A stretch of 64,000 nt of DNA, from positions 35,960,001 through 36,024,000 of the forward strand of contig OZ024759.1 in assembly GCA_964016885.1 (NCBI GenBank), read 5' to 3'. The notes below the pieces were generated by a model that worked only from the letters and a program-made list of their open reading frames with translations, was not told where the DNA came from and searched no databases. The position numbers and the translations under genes were made by a program. This DNA comes from Eledone cirrhosa. Lineage: Eukaryota. Positions 60,802-64,000 of the stretch are shown here, piece after piece. How positions within the stretch are numbered: the first letter of the stretch is position 1; each line of letters starts with the position of its first letter.

Positions 60802-61497
60802 CCAAAAATTTGGCAACATTTCTCTCATTGGAACATTTCACTCTAATGTCTGTTCAATCAGAACTGCATATTTCTACTTACCTATTCCACTAATTTAAAA
60901 TAAAGTCTGAAATTATTCAGAGATTAGAGATAAGTTCCTGGCAATCCAAAGACAATGGTTTTTGGTTCAATTACTAAGGCCACCCTAAGAACTGGATCAA
61001 TGCCACCACATCTTAGTATTACCTTCTCCCTGTTTATAAATCAAGATTTTAATAATATCGACTTACCAAGAACTTCTCTCTGGTCTTCAATAATCATATT
61101 ACCATTTGTTTTTGTTTTTTTTTATGTCTTAGTCAGAAACTAAGACAAAGAATCTTAGTAAATTGGTAAAAAAACTGTTGAACAGCAAAGTTTATCAACT
61201 TTTGTTCCATGCCACACTGATCTTTTTAAAAATAACGTGCACCACCATAGTTAGACAAAGTTAGTATATAGTATAATATATAACAGAATACAGTATAGTG
61301 TATAGTATTGTATATAGTATGGTGTATAATATATAACATAGAATACAGTATAATGTATAGTATATAGTATGGTGTATTATAGAATAGTATGTATATGTAT
61401 ATATATAACCCTTTCAAGACCCTATTTCAAATGAAATACATTCCATTTCAATTAATTAATTAATGAAGAATTTGGTGGGATTAACTAAAATAGTAAC

Positions 61498-62341
61498 TTA
61501 ACCCTTGAGCATCTAAACCGGCCAGAATTCTCTCACCTCTTTCTGTTTAAACTGGCTGCTCATACCAATATTAAGGTATTGTTCTCAAAATAAATAACAT
61601 CAAAATCTCATAGATTTGATATTATGTGAGGTAAAGCCTTTACTGTGACAATACAATAGTATATATAGAGTAATGTAAATGTTATGTGAGATATTATGTG
61701 AGGTAAAGCCTTTACTGTGACAATACAATAGTATATATAGAGTAATGTAAATGTTATGTGAGATATTATGTGAGGTAAAGCCTTTACTGTGAAAATACAA
61801 TAGTATATATAGAGTAATGTAAATGTTATGTGAGATATTATGTGAGGTAAAGCCTTTACTGTGACAATACAATAGTATATATAGAGTAATGTAAATGTTA
61901 TGTGAGATATTATGTGAGGTAAAGCCTTTACTGTGACAATACAATAGTATATATAGAGTAATGTAAATGTTATGTGAGATATTATGTGAGGTAAAACCTT
62001 TACTGTGAAAATACAATAGTATATATAGAGTAATGTAAATGTTATGTGAGATATTATGTGAGGTAAAACCTTTACTGTGAAAATACAATAGTATATATAG
62101 AGTAATGTAAATGTTATGTGAGATATTATGTGAGGTAAAGCCTTTACTGTGACAATACAATAGTATATATAGAGTAATGTAAATGTTATGTGAGATATTA
62201 TGTGAGGTAAAACCTTTACTGTGAAAATACAATAGTATATATAGAGTAATGTAAATGTTATGTGAGATATTATGTGAGGTAAAACCTTTACTGTGAAAAT
62301 ACAATAGTATATATAGAGTAATGTAAATGCAAAAGGGTTAA
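61498..62341 (+). mobile_element. Same piggyBac-type MITE with ~10 internal 72-bp repeats
   Basis: TTAA-CCCTTGAGCATCTA ... TAAATGCAAAAGGG-TTAA with the same 72-bp unit. Confidence 0.8.
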
Positions 62342-62385
62342 ATGATGATACAAAGACTGGACTGTATTGGAAAACAGTAATTCCT

Positions 62386-63775
<1,390 letters not shown>

Positions 63776-64000
63776 CTGAAAAATAAAAGAATATATAAAA
63801 TATAAGGTTTTTTGTTTCATATTTTTGTAGCTTCATATTTCGGTTACGACGACGAGTGTTCCAGCAGAACAGCCTGCTTGTGAAATTAACATGTAAGTGG
63901 CTGAGCATTCCACAGACATGCATACCCTTAATGTAGTTTTCAGGGAGATTCAGCATGACACAGAAGTGACAAGGCTGGTTCCTACAAATTACAGGTACAA

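Overview
AT-rich, microsatellite-dense eukaryotic DNA. The repeat landscape and genes suggest an octopod cephalopod (inference). Most tracked ORFs are (TA)n/(CA)n or minisatellite artefacts. Spliced genes were reconstructed by hand with GT-AG boundaries and consistent phases: the last 3 exons of UTP20 (+); a complete 7-exon FAM166/CIMIP2-like PYG-repeat ciliary protein gene (-, 290 aa); a complete 15-exon Nanchung-type TRPV channel (+, 736 aa); a complete 19-coding-exon lysosomal alpha-glucosidase, GH31 (-, 898 aa); an intronless 362-aa Lys/Ser-rich orphan ORF (+); and the last 2 exons of BCCIP (-). Introns hold tRNA-derived SINEs, RTE, CR1 and L1/Tx1 LINE 3' fragments, piggyBac-, hAT- and pogo-type MITEs, and a decayed Penelope-like RT. 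The most striking signal is several families of short non-coding, partly palindromic elements inserted in (TA)n tracts that carry type I hammerhead ribozyme motifs. Two near-perfect copies lie in sense orientation inside the TRPV and glucosidase introns, and one crosses a head-to-tail junction, as expected of a Penelope pLTR or retrozyme-like system.
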